A stretch of DNA of 64,000 bases from Lytechinus pictus (taxonomy: Eukaryota). Below are positions 1 through 13,900 of this stretch, one piece after another (the first letter of the stretch is position 1; each line of letters opens with the position of its first letter). The notes below the pieces were generated by a model. The model saw only the letters and a list, made by a program, of their open reading frames with translations, searched no databases and had not been told where the DNA came from. Position numbers and translations under genes: made by a program. Location: NCBI RefSeq assembly GCF_037042905.1, contig NC_087260.1, positions 18,106,001 through 18,170,000 of the forward strand, given 5' to 3'.

Positions 1-1242
1 GAGAGAAAGAGAGTGCTAGATTTTAGAGAATTCTTTATTCTTATTTTCACAAAGAATCAGTGGTTGAAAAATACTTAGTGCCTACTACACTATCGTAACA
101 TTGGAATCTTAGATGCTACTTGAGTATAATTCACATTAGAGGCCCTTTACCTATGAATGATGCATTCAAACAAATATTTAAAAAAAAATTGAAGAGAAAG
201 TTCTTGATATTTTTCAGTTTGCTTTTTCGGAGGCAACAAGTATAATACCAAAAAAAAATTAGTTTACGTATTTTTCAAAAGTCTTTCCATTACTTTTTCA
301 AAAGTCTTTCCTTTACTTTTTCACTAATCATTTTCTAGTATTATGAAAAATGTTCAACGTGAAAGAGATAAGCTATTTAGCAAAGCTAGTTTATGCCATA
401 CCTGTATATACATCTCTCTGTGGTTATGTACCAAAATGAATTAAGAATCGCTGTGCACAATTATTTTTTATTAATGTGTTTTTTTTTTTTTCGTATCATT
501 TCAATGTATGTACAAACGTATATGTTCTGTATGGTATGTCATATTAAGGTATGTACACAAAAGCTTGTGAGCACACCAACATTCATTATATGTTAGTCTT
601 TATGAGTTGAGTTTAATGAGTTAAAAAAAGAACCTTGCACTTATTTACCCAACCATTATTTACGGAAATACATCATGTTTGTGAAAAGCCATCCCGCATA
701 TTGAGCACCAAAGACACAAAACTATCTATGCTTCATTCAAATTTTATAGTAAAGCTAATTTATGCTTTTGATAATGATTCTTATCCTGTCCTGTGATAAT
801 TGGAAAAGAAGGTCATAATAATTTCCATTAAAAAAAATCCTGAGCCACTGGTAGATGCGTCTTTTAGCGGAAATCAGGCTCAATCAGGCTCAATCATTCT
901 AAAGTTTCTTTTCACTCTTTCAATATCTACATGTACATAAATGGGCAAACTATCAAGGATTTTGAAAGTAACTGAACGCTCACATGTAGCATGAAATTAA
1001 AATGAATAAATGAAGAAAATGAAATAAAATGAAGGATATGACTTTTTGGGGGTACATTTATCCAGTAGCAATGAGACAATTTTTATTCATTTTCAGTTCT
1101 AAATGTAAACTAAAGCTACATTCAGTTGATCTACTATTGAGTGGACCTGTTTGTGATTAAAAAAAAATGATGAAAAGAAAATTTTGGTGAAAAAATGTAT
1201 TTTTTCTGTCTATCTTCCCACCCACCATCGACTTTACAATAG

Positions 1243-1421
1243 ACTTGAAGTACGACTACTCGCTGACGGAGGATTATTGCCAGAACCACTTCCTTGCTGG
1301 ACTGTTGCTTAGGGAAGTGGGTGTGGCACTTCACGATGTCACGGAGGTACGCCAGCATGGTATCCGAGTTCTACGCAACCTCCTGGCCAAGCACAGTGCG
1401 GATGACAGATATCATTCAAAG
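1243..1421 (+). CDS. DOCK9: DOCK core exon ([24 protein letters not shown]...DDRYHSK)
   Basis: aatag acceptor, AAG|gtaagg donor; [12 protein letters not shown] motif typical of DOCK-C/D. Confidence 0.93.
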
Positions 1422-1923
1422 GTAAGGAGGTGATAGTAGGTACATGTAGGTGGTACTGGTGTAATTGGAATGCTCCACATGAAGTGGAGAAAGTGCATTC
1501 AACACATGTATGTGTGGGTAAGCCAGAATCGGATGACAGGGTAATGATAATCTGTGAATTGCTTTGAGATGCCCAATATATATCAAGTGCTTCAGAGTAT
1601 GTAAACCAAAATATTTGTACAGTGTGAAGGTGGTAAGGATTTATTGTTCTGATGCTGGCAAGGATTCAAATGGAGTTATTTTGAAAAAAAAGTTGTGGAG
1701 GTGGTGATGATGATGATGAACAAAAAATGGTAGTGGTTGTCATGATGATGGTCCTAATGATGGTGAAAATGATGATGGTGATGATGATGATGATGATGAT
1801 GGTGATGATGAGGATAATGGTGTTGTGATGAGAATGATGATAGTGGTGTTGATAGGTGTGATGATGGTGGTGATGAAGATGGTGGTGATGGTGGTGATGA
1901 TGATGATGGTGATGATGGTGATG

Positions 1924-1997
<74 letters not shown>

Positions 1998-4900
1998 GAT
2001 TATAATGATGATAGTGATGAGGATGATGATAGTAGTGGTGATGGTGGTTGTGATGGAGATGATTATTTTAATTGTAGATGATGAGTTGGAGTTGCAGCTA
2101 ATATGATTTATAGTGATGATGGTACTTATGATGTTTATGAAGTTGATGTTGATGCTGCTGCTGACAATGATGTAAACAATATCTTCTCCCTTCAACAGCA
2201 ACACCAAGCTCGCATTGCCACCCTCTATCTGCCCCTCATCGCCATCATCCTTGAGAACGTCCACCGACTCGCCAAAGACCTCCCTCAGACCATCGGCCCT
2301 TCCACGAACCTCAACGGAGGCCAGGAGAATGTCTTTGACCTTTCCAGCCTGTCTCAGGTCTCGACGGACAGTTCACAGAGTCACCAAGGCCACGAGCGAA
2401 GCAACAGCGTGTCCTCGAGTAGCAAGTCTCGCTCTCTGCAGAGAGATTCCAACGTCCTTGATATCATAGCCGGAAGAGGTAGGTCCAAAAACCTTTTTGC
2501 TTATTTTTTTCCTCATTAAAAAAAAAAATGTTGATGTATACATCAACCCCTCTATAACATGTAGTAGAAGCCTTTAATTTGTTCAATATTTTGAAGCAGT
2601 CACACCAATTCAAGCTCCTGATTAAATCCAGCTCAACAAAGTGAATCATACCCCCTCTGGAAAATATAAAGATTAAATACTTATGGAAGAAAACTGACAC
2701 TCTGCTCTTGTTTATCAATTTCACAGTGATAAAAATGTGATGGTACTTTTTCTTTTGCTTTTTATATGATTGTTACATTTCATTTAACTTCACATTTCAA
2801 GGGCTGTATTTTCCTATTACATCCAGTTTGTAGAAATGGGTATCCACATCTTTTCTACTCAAATCCCGTGACTTGGGTGAAATTCGGGTACTGGGGCTTG
2901 ATTCACTCTCCTTCATACTTGTCTAATGGAAAAAAAAAGTGCAAGAGTTTTTTTTATAGGTTTTCTTCCTCATTCCTAATGGTCATTTCATTTTCAACCT
3001 GTCCCAATCCTTTAAAATTCTTTGGAGAGTAATTTGGAATAGTGTTCCTCATCATTCATTTTGTTTTAATGATTCTTGTGCATACTGTAGCATGCATGGC
3101 ATCGAGTGGGCCTATTGCATTTGTTTGCATTGTATCTCAACATTGTAATGAAAAATTTGTTTGATAACATTGCTTTCACAGGCTTGTTGCTGTTCACAAT
3201 TCTTAAAAGCAAGTTGTGTGAATCATCTCCCCCCCCCCTCCATTTCTTGTTTCCCTCGCAGTTGTTTTGGCCTGAAACAATGCTGGTATTATGTCTAAAA
3301 AAAAAATCTGGCTGAAATATTAGATTCTGCCATGTCTGATTGATTGTTTTAATCCTGTTTTGCTGCATAAAGTGGTTTGCACTTTCTTGTAAAATGTCAT
3401 GTTTTTTCAGTAATGATAATTTAGGGTAACATGCTGACTGATCGATTATTTTTGTTTAAAGTTAGCGACAGGTAGTGTTCAGGAATTTCTAAGGGTATTA
3501 TTATTGACATTTGGGAGAAGTTATTCATTCATGTTTTTAATAAATAGATCAAAGTGAATCTGTCACTACAGGGCATTTTCACGGTAACTGACGTTACACG
3601 GCATAGTTAATTTATTCTTTGTTTCAATATATTTTAACTTAATGAGATTTTAAGAATATACCAATACGTAACTCAATCTGCAGTAGACGTAGCATTCCTT
3701 AATTTTCTGTCGTTTTATTTTTGTTTGGTTTGCTTTGGTTTTTTTTCCTGTACCGTACTGAAAAGAATTATTTAATAATACTATTTTTGCAACATGCATT
3801 TATATCAATTTAAACGTTAACTCATGATTCTATTATTAGCTAACTTTAAAAGAAGTCTGTTATGAAGTTGTTATTTTTACCATACTGATAATAATCCACT
3901 TTTTTATGAAACTGAAATTGAATGACATTTTTTGTGATATACATGTAGGTACCAGCAGACTCTCAGCTATGCTTGCAGAAGGTGACACAAATGTTATCTA
4001 TATTATCTATATTATATCATATTTTACATATATTCATGATTATTAGCCGCCAAAACACAAGCTTCATGTATACACCCTTGTGAGATACCAACCTTAATCA
4101 TTCATATCCAGTATAACATTTGGTTGTTTGTAGAGTTACACATGACTTGAAAAATTATTATTTTATGAAGTGCTAAAATATGAGCCTACGTTTACCCTGA
4201 TATGTCAGCAAATTATGATTTTATATCAAGTGATTTCATTTATATGAGGCGCGAAAGTATTGACTTTGGCTTAAGAATGTGTTTTAAATGGAAAAATGAT
4301 TTCAAATAAAAAAAAAAGGAAATCAGCAACCAAATATGTAAATATTTAATGCCATTGAGAAAGACATCTTGCTTGCCACATTCCTGTTGGTAGTAAGAAT
4401 TTGTGTAACTTTAAAAACAGCCTTGTGAAACAGTCCCCTATCTCTTTGGGTAAGAGCAGTGCATTGCCTCAACGGTAAAACAAACATTTATGAATTAATT
4501 CCTTCTTGCTCTCAAAATGCATATATTGGGTTGATGTATACATTTATGTATGCTGCTTAAAATGTATTCAAATGCTTCAGAACAAATTTATGAGTATTTT
4601 CCTGTAACATCTGCCGTACAAGTGTTCTATTAAGAGGTGGATGAACTGAAGCTAAGTCAAGCATTTTATTAACCTTCACAGGTAGTTTTATTAATATATA
4701 TTTTTTTAATTGAAGGCAGTATAATAATGTAAACTCTACTTTGAATTACTATTTTTTCTTCAAGAAACATTCAAGCAACATTCTTCCTCCAAAAGCATAT
4801 CGTATCACGCATTAAAACCTATATACATTTACACATTCCAGTATCATGATACATGTTTGCATTATACATTACATTTGTACACATCTGTGATTACTGGATA

Positions 4901-7900
4901 TTTTTCATAAGCTATTGAAATGGTTGAACAAAGACCAGGGCCCCGTCTTACAAAGAGTCACGATTGATCCAATCAATCGTAACTCTATGGAAATCCATCA
5001 GTGTCATAATTTTTTCTACAGGAAATTTGCAAAATGTCCTTCGTAAACAAAGGAGAACACACCAAATTGTCAAGAAATTAATGAATTTATGGATATACAT
5101 TTATATCTAGAATTTGTTTTGAACAAACATGCATTTTATATGTTGACTTTGCTGGCTTTCCATAGTTGGGATTGATCCAACCATCGCAACTCTTTGTAAG
5201 ACAGGCCCCAGAATTCCCTGTGATGTTTACAATGTTAATGCTATGATTGTTTTTCTTGGGGGCTATCTCAGACTCATTTGGGTGGGGATTGTACTCTTCC
5301 ATTCACCTGTATTTATCTATAAACTACGATTTGCGTGAGTGATTGGTTTTAAGTGTGTTCTGTGAAGTGGCAAATGAGTAAATTTGCCATGGACGGTCAC
5401 ATTCCACAGCACTTTCTTTTAATAGGCCTATTATTTACAGAAAACTATTTATATATCCGTACCAGTAAAACACATCTCAATGGACAAATATATAATTCAA
5501 TTTTTCTCTTCTATGCTTTAGCTTCTACTTCTGTATGTTCCTAGTATTATATTGGAAGAGCTTGAATTACTAACCATAATTCTGGCATATGATCATATGA
5601 TAAAGAAGTGGAAAAGGGTTCTACTGAAAGGCTCTTCTTAGGAGATGTACTTGAGGCTGTTTATAAAACCATGCTTCTCTTTTATATCCTAACACTGATT
5701 AAATGGCAATACATATCTGTAAGGTGGCATATTTACACAGGGATTTTACAATGTGTCACCAGGGCCCCGTCTTACAAAGACTTAGGATTGATCCAATCAA
5801 TCGTAACTCTATAGAAATCCATCAGTGTCAGAATTTCTTCTACAGGAAATTTGTAAAATGTCCTTTGTAAACAAAGGAGAACACATCAAATTGTCAAGAA
5901 ATCAATGAATTTATGGATATACATTCATATCTAGAATTTTTTTTGAACAAACATGCATTTTATATGTCGACGTTGCTGGCCGTCCATAGTTGCGATTGAT
6001 CAGATCAATCTCAACTCTTTGTAAGATGGGGCCCAGATCTGTAATGAATGATTAAATTCTTGAAGGTTTTTTATCAGAGCCCTGAGACATAAACCTTTGT
6101 GTTTGATCATATGGCTGGTTTCTATGATTGATTGCAGTGATTACTGGTTATGATCAATAAAAAATCAGCCCCAAAATGATCCGTAGGCTTTATGAATACA
6201 GGGCCCAGATAGTTTTGTTTTTCATTTAACCCGTTGATTACTGAGTTCTACAATTCCCATAGACTTTGTACAGTTATCACCCGGTTCCAGTTGGCAACGG
6301 GTTAATATATAATAATTATACAAACCATTGGTATTAAAGTATTTTACTATCTACTTTAGATTTGGGGGTAGTTTAATCATACATGTAGGAACCATACAAG
6401 AATAGTGTTGTTATGTTCATAGCCCCCTTTTTTGGTAGTGTTGGAATCAATTCTCTTAAAAACTGAGAACAAGGTATTTTTTTATTTGTTGTTTTATTTT
6501 AACAGGGTAGCCCTTTCAGTTATAAAAACTGCTCCACCAAGGGGCCCTGTATCAACAGAAATTGAAAAGACATATTGTCGCAATGCTAATTTTAGGGGAT
6601 TACATGTACCTAAAAATTCATCTTAAGCCTTAATGTGATAGTTACAACATGGTCCTAATTGGTTACATTGATGAAGTTCAACTTTCCATTATGTGCCAAT
6701 GAAACTCTCCCACAATTTGCCATACCGTTTGTATAACACCCTTTCACCACACTTTCCAGTGATTAAAACAATTTTTGTACAAATTTTCTCCCTCTTTTAT
6801 TTTTCTCTTGAATCAGTTTCCAAAGATACCCCTCTCATAGTAGCAGGTATTTCAATGTGTACAAACATATTCCAAAGAGTGGATTTCTTTTTTGCATGTT
6901 TTTGTCGTTACAGCAGTCAAACCTTTCAAACAAAAACGTGCAGTGTTATATAGACGTATGATTTTTTTTTCTGTCTTAATAGTCTTACAAGATACAAATT
7001 ACATTTTATTTCTTTAGTTGTAATCAGTCTATTTTCCAGTCCTTGATTATCATTTGAAATTGAAATATATCCCTATTTTGAATTTGTCTGTTTATTTTAG
7101 TGAGATGGATGATGCTGTGGCAAAGAGTCAAATCTATGCTCTTTATATTTGTGGTGTTCCCCAAGGAAGCTTATTCCCCCTTATATTATTTCATTGGAAC
7201 AGGGAATACATATTAAAATGTGATTATTCAAATTCCATCTATTATTTATTTCCTAAAGAAACATTGTTCCATGCATCGTTCCCTATCCAATATGACGCTG
7301 TGCCCTTAGAGCAATTTCTTTTCAAAAATTTCTTCACAAAATTATGAATTTTCAAGTTTGTGTTTAGAACTGTAAAATAGTGTCCAGATATTCTTCATTA
7401 TTAAAATGTTCTACATTTTTTATTCAACTTCAAATGTGCCCCTTTTTTATTTCTAATGGTTATTTAATTTTTGATTTAAGCATTCATTGTTCATTGTTTT
7501 TAACAAGTATTTTGATTGAAAGCTTACATGTATTTTAACGAAGTACTTGATTGGTTGATGTACTTGATCGGTTGATTTTGTGATGCCAGTCAGTATTTAA
7601 GAGTATGATATGTTTTAGTCCTATCCATAATTTTCATGTATACTTTATAATTTTTGTAGATCTGGAAATGTTTTATATTTTACCTTCAAGAGATTTAGTA
7701 TACAAGATCATTTTAGAGCTACAGCTGTAAAACATTATTTCATGTTATTATTGTGCTAGATTCTTCTTTATCAGTGTGAAATATGTTTTATTTTTTCATT
7801 TTTATTTTGACAGCCAACATGCCAGCTAGTCTTCCCCAAACCTCTCATTTCGTGCGAAACATTGGTATAGATTCTCTATTATTTTATGTGTTCATGGCAC

Positions 7901-10900
7901 TCCACATATTAACAAGATATTGTGTCTAATCTACTTGTAGAATTACTCTGATGAATTTATGTCAATTTTATCAGCTATTGTCCCGAAACAAGCAGAAATT
8001 GAGGAAAAGTCACAAACCCCAACCCTTAGCATCGTCCTCGCTAGTGCACGACAACATACATGTACATGTACATATATGCCACAAGTCCGCTTGTGCCGAC
8101 AGTGAACGTTAATTAGGTCATTTCTATTAGAGCTCTTTCTTAGTACCAAAATACTGTGAATGATATAATTCAGATAAGTTTTAGACAATTTCTGTTGTCA
8201 CATTTTGTATTTGGCAAAAATTTTGTGATGCCCATGCTACATGTAAGATCACCTTCTTGTATCTTGTGATACGTATTTGGATATTTCTCCACATGACTGA
8301 CAATATTAATTTCACACAGTATTTCTTTAATCATTCTTTCGGATAATTGAGAATGATTCTTGTTTTGTTCCCAGTCCTCTTTAATTGTTTTTCTTCAACC
8401 TGCACATAATTTGAATACAGAGGTCCATGTTCTTAAGTCTGGATAAACTTAAGTGGGCTATGTCCTATTCGGAAATGATTGAAAGCCTCAGAATATCAAA
8501 GAAGCTTTGTTTACATTGTACATTTCCTGCATATTTTCTTATGCTTCTCAGTTGAAGAAAACTATTTCAATTATTTTTCCAAGATGTTTGTTGATCATTT
8601 GATGGCTGATAAATTGATCCTCGAATGTTTAATTGTACATGTATATGGTAATACCACAATATTCAGCCACAATTAAAGTTTTAGAAAATTTAAAATATCA
8701 GGATAAGGGCTAGAAGACTTGAGTACATGTTATTCATAAACTATTGAAATGATTGATCACATCAAAATGTACTGGATTGATAAACATTAATTTGATTTTA
8801 TTAACATACATGTATTCAGATGAAAGAAATCAATTTAAAGAAAGATCTGTTTTGTTATTAATCTAGTTTGTATTCTAAAAGTATGTCTTCACTCTTGCAC
8901 ATTGCACATTAATTTATTCACAGAAAATAAGATGAGAATAACACTCCACTTTTGTATATTTGTTTTAGTGGGTTCCTATTTTTATATTCAAATTCATTTT
9001 TTGACAGAATAATGATTTGAGCTAAAAGCGACTTCTTTTTTAATACCCCATTAACAGATATAACAGCCAAAAAGTACATGTACCTGATTTAGGATTTATC
9101 TTGTAAGCTCTACCATGAATAAAGATTGTAGGGTTACGTTTTAGGTAGCAAATACATGTTTCAAAGGCCTAGAAGCTTTTTCATTTTTCTCTCATAGCAA
9201 TATAAGTAATACAAAAGTGTTGTGTCTTTTCTCTTTTGATAGAGTTCACTTCCACACTTACCATTACGTAATTTTGTTACTTATTATGAGGTGTTTTATT
9301 CAAGAAGATTGTATTGAATTAGATGAGAACAGGAGGTCTTAGAATGATAAACCTGATGTTTTTTTTTTTTGCCTACGGAATATTCATCTTTATGTAGCAA
9401 CTAGCAAGAGCTGGATTACATGTTTCTGTATCCTCTCTAAACAAAAACAATGACACATTTATGTTATTTTTCAGTATCTGTCAGCTTTTATGTGAGTTGC
9501 GATGCTCATGTTCATCATGTGCGTACCAGTTTTGCTCTTGGAATACTTTTATACTATACCCAACGTTGCAGACACATATTTACCATAACTCGATCTGTGT
9601 GTGTGCGCTTTGTCTAACATTTCAAACCTACGTTTGTGTTTTTAATCACTGTGAGAGTTTCCCCCCATTCCCCGGTCTCAAATTGGCAACCCTCATGTTT
9701 ATTCTGCTACTTTTTTTTTTACATTTGTTTCTTCATTACTACCTTCCGTCCCGACTCAGGAGTGCGTCATTCCATTTCCGCCCCATCCATGCCCGAAGCC
9801 CAGCAAAGGCGAATGAGCGCGTCAGGTTTGTTTTGGTCTCTTTTTTTTCTCCTTGTCTTTTATTGTTGTTTTATTGTGTTTATTTGATTTATGGAAGCTT
9901 ATTTAACCCCCATTTTCTTGTTGGTCTTTGTTGTTGCTGTTATTTGTTGCTGAGCTTGCTTTTTGTTTCGTATTAACAACGAAGGTGGAAGGTGCAGACA
10001 GGAGATGAAGTGCTTGGTGCTCGCACTGCAGAAGGTAGAATTTGCTTTATAATAGCCGTAGATGGAGACATGCTATGAAGAGAACTTGGACTTTAACCAA
10101 TTCATACATGTATATTTAAGAAGTAAAATGTGGACAATTGTGGTAAAGATCTTCAGAGTTTGATCTACATACAGATATAGCTTTCAATCAATGGGTGATA
10201 ATACACTTTTAAATCATATTAATATGAAAGGGCTTGATTCATACATTTTTTTTTTCATTTTTACCCCCTCCCCAAAAAAGGGAGCTTTGGAAATAGACGA
10301 CCATTAAGAAATCAATCGGTAGATGGTTGGTAAATTTTGACATTATATTTTGTTAAAAACATACATTTAACAAATAATGAAAATATTTAGTTTGTGCAAT
10401 AATATTGATGAAATAATAGAAAAAAAATATTACTAGCAAATTCATCGTTTTGAAAGATGGAAACTATTTTAGAAGTGCATTGTAGAAATAGGCTGCTTTG
10501 GTAATTGTGGTGGAGGGTTTTTCTATAGTAAACAAATGTTTCCCTCTGACGTACTGTAGGTTGTATTTGGGCCTGAAAAACAGTTCATAATAGAGTTTAG
10601 AATTCCAAAGACATAACCATTGTATTGCTGAAAGCAAAAGTGATTTGATTCATTTTTCCTACCCAATGGTTGCATTATTCCCGTTAACGCCTGAAATCCA
10701 GTTTTATATTTATTATATTCCTCATGATTGTGATACCAATGTAGCTTCAAATATCCAATGGTGAGGTAAAATGAAGTTTGGAATTGTTCTTTATAATATT
10801 GGGGTGGTTACACACCTGCAACATTCTTTTCTCCCTGATAGGAAATGAAGTAGCTAACATTGAGTTTTGGTTGTGTTTTTATAACTGCACAGTAAAAAAA

Positions 10901-13900
10901 AATAGCCCGTTTAAGCCTGTCACTCTAACATCAAGTTGTTTAAACTTTTTTTGCAGTTTTAAACTTTTAAACAACTTGTTTAAAAAGTTTAAACAGATGT
11001 ATAAAAAGTTTAAATAGTTTCAAAAATTTAAACAGTTGTTTAAAAAGTTTTAACAGTTGCTGCTAGAGTGACAGGCTTAAACAAAGTGATTAAAATTTTA
11101 AACAGCATTTTTACAGTGTATTAGATGTTAGAACACAGGCGTAGTTGCAACCTGGAGTGTTTAGATTGTGAATTTTCTTTCAAGGGGAATCTAACAAGCA
11201 AAGGATGGACATCAACCAAGCTTGATACTACATGTAGTCCTAATACATTACCCATGGACAGATTTCTTGAGAGTAAAGGAGGATTGCTCAAACATGAATT
11301 GCATAAAAATATGAATATTAACAGTCTTCTCATGAGTGGCCACTTTACAGGTGATGGGATTGATGATTTATTAGCCAAAATATATTAAACACATTGGAAT
11401 TAATCTTTATATCTTGAATTGTGTTGAGAATATTGTTTTGAGTTGATAGAAGCATATATTCAAGAGCATTATGGCAGTAATTTTCTGTGGAATTGAATAA
11501 ATGACAGGCATGCATAAAGGCCGAAATGTAAAAGGGATGTACAAAATGCATGAATTAAAGGGGAATCTAACCCAAATAAAAACTTGTTTTTATAAGGAAA
11601 AGAAAAATCAGACAAGTTTATAGGTGAAAGTTTGAACAATATTGGACATACATGTACAACAAGAAAGTTATGAATTTTTAAAAGTTGTAAATATTGGTAA
11701 TCACTATACTTCAGATTGGCCACATTGGGATGTCATAGTGATGTAAGGCAAGGACTATTCTTCCATGTACTCCAATACATATTATGGCTAAAATTTCATT
11801 TTCCCAAAAGTTTTATTTCAAATTTTATTTTTCTTTCATGAGGACATAAAACAATATACTACCTGGGTTATATTTAGATTACTGCCCCAGGGGAATGGGT
11901 ACTTAGGAGAAAACCACAAATCCCTGATAATAAAGTACATGGCCTATGGAAAAGTTGTCCTTGCCCCTTGTCATAATTTACTTACCCAGTTGCCAATTTG
12001 AAATCTACATAGTATTAGTGATCTCAATTTCAGAGCAGCTATAACTTTCTTATTGCTTGTCCGATTTCTTTCAAACTTTCACCATTCTGTTTAATTTATT
12101 TTTCTCCTTCCCAACACAACATTTTATGGCCAAGGCTGGATTCCCCTTTAAAGAAAACAAAAATAACTAATTCCTGTGGATCGATCCGGTTTAATACTAG
12201 TAATCCATGAAAGAAGTTCATAAGATTAGAGTATGAAGTAATAAAAAGGTTAAGTTTACAAGCATTGATAAAAGGAAATATTACCAATTAATAATGAAGA
12301 AGAACATCTGAATGATAAATTGAAAAAAGAAATCTTATTTTTCAAAACTGAAGATTAATGTTTAAGGTGTACATTACTTCAAGTTTTAATATATTTGGTA
12401 TTAATTTGTGATTAATGTGTTTTCAAGTTGATATTGTAGAAGACCTTGAGAAAAGAAAAATGTTCGAACTCTAATGGATTCATCAAAAACTAATTCTTGC
12501 ACTCTACATTTTTTTCAAGTTGATATGGAAACCCTGAGAAAGAACGATGCAACTCTAATGGATTATATATAAATTTTACATTTTGTCAATTCTAGTTAAT
12601 AGAGAAGAGATTTTTGTCACGTTTCCTTGAAACTTGCTGCATGATAAGTGTTGCATCGTGGGAAACTGAACCATTCCAATCCCTTCCCCATTCTCGCTTT
12701 GCCTGTCATATCACCAAGTCCCTATCCTCTTAATGCATGTGTTTTATGCATGCTCTTTTTTTCAAACATTGTCATTACAGTGTATGTCAAAATATTTAGA
12801 CAGGACTATACGAGTGAGTGCCTACTGAATACCTTTTTTGTGATACACAGATTAAAATCGAATCAAACAACCTTTTTAAAATCTTCTACAGCCTGTTACT
12901 ATTATGAATTCACAGAGATAAAGTTCAAAGAAATGCTTTGAAAATGAAAACCGCAATGTTAATCATTTGAACAACAAATATTGGAATTGAATGTTAATGT
13001 TTAGATTTCCCCACTTTTTGTTTAAATCTCAAATAGAACCTAAAAATCAGTTCATGTAGTAATCCATGTTGTATGAAGCGTTCTTACTGCATAAAATCTG
13101 TACTCCATTCTATAAATGTGTTATTACTTGTAATCATACATGTAGTTGTTATAGTAATGATAAACTCAAATTGAATGGGTATGTTTTGTATTCTTCTTAG
13201 TATAGTTTTTGAAGTCATCTACACTCAACGGCTTTTAGTACATGTACTCTGTAGAAGATATTTAAATGGTCTTTATTAAAACCAGTCGTGCATTGAATCT
13301 GTACCAATAGAAAATGAAATACATAGCGTCTTGTTCCATACTGTTATTGTTTTTTTATTGTTGTAGGAAGCTATTGTATTATTGTTCTGTAAATATTTGT
13401 GTTATTTAATCTAAGTTAGATGTGGATGAAATGATACTGTATACATTATGTACATGTAGCTATAGAGTGCTGTTTCTGTGTATAAGATGTGGCCTTATGG
13501 ACAAGTTTATTCAGCTTATATGATCAGGGTCAACTGTTTAAAGGTCAAGACTACCCTCAAAACCCCTGTTTATAAAAAAGGGGTAATGCTCAAATACTGT
13601 AGGTTTAGTTACAGCTTGCCATTTTCTCTCAAACCTGTGTTTTTGTGGTCTTACAAGTGCCAATTTTTATTCTTCGTCCAAGACGACTTACGTACTCACT
13701 GCAACTTTTTTGTGGTTGAAATTATATACAAAATGCAATCAAGTCGGATATCACTTTGGGGACTGGATGGGGTAGCTAGCACAGGGCTTAAAGGTGTATT
13801 TAATGCACAAATTCGAAAGCAGAATTGGTGTTTTGAAATATGGTATCAGGTGTCTGTTCACTGACTTCAGCGTGGATTTTTGTCTTCAATTTTGTTACCA

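Noticed and set aside
1740..2264. Long poly-I/poly-M ORFs (also 34633-35389, 61015-61297, 32822-33211)
   Set aside because: Translations of microsatellite or low-complexity tracts, not genes.
3466..3471. Possible 6-nt microexon (ttag|CGACAG|gtagtg)
   Set aside because: Weak donor and a competing upstream AG; expected by chance.
3949..3981. 33-nt phase-1/1 segment [11 protein letters not shown]
   Set aside because: The acceptor is a TACATGTAG motif with a poor pyrimidine tract and the donor gtgaca is weak; not supportable without reads.
7975..8043. 69-nt phase-1 open segment [23 protein letters not shown]
   Set aside because: Plausible acceptor but no credible donor (A|gtgcac).
9985..10034. 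Purine-rich exon-like segment ending GAAG|gtagaa
   Set aside because: The first AG gives 50 nt (frameshift); the in-frame acceptor at 10001 lacks an adjacent pyrimidine tract.
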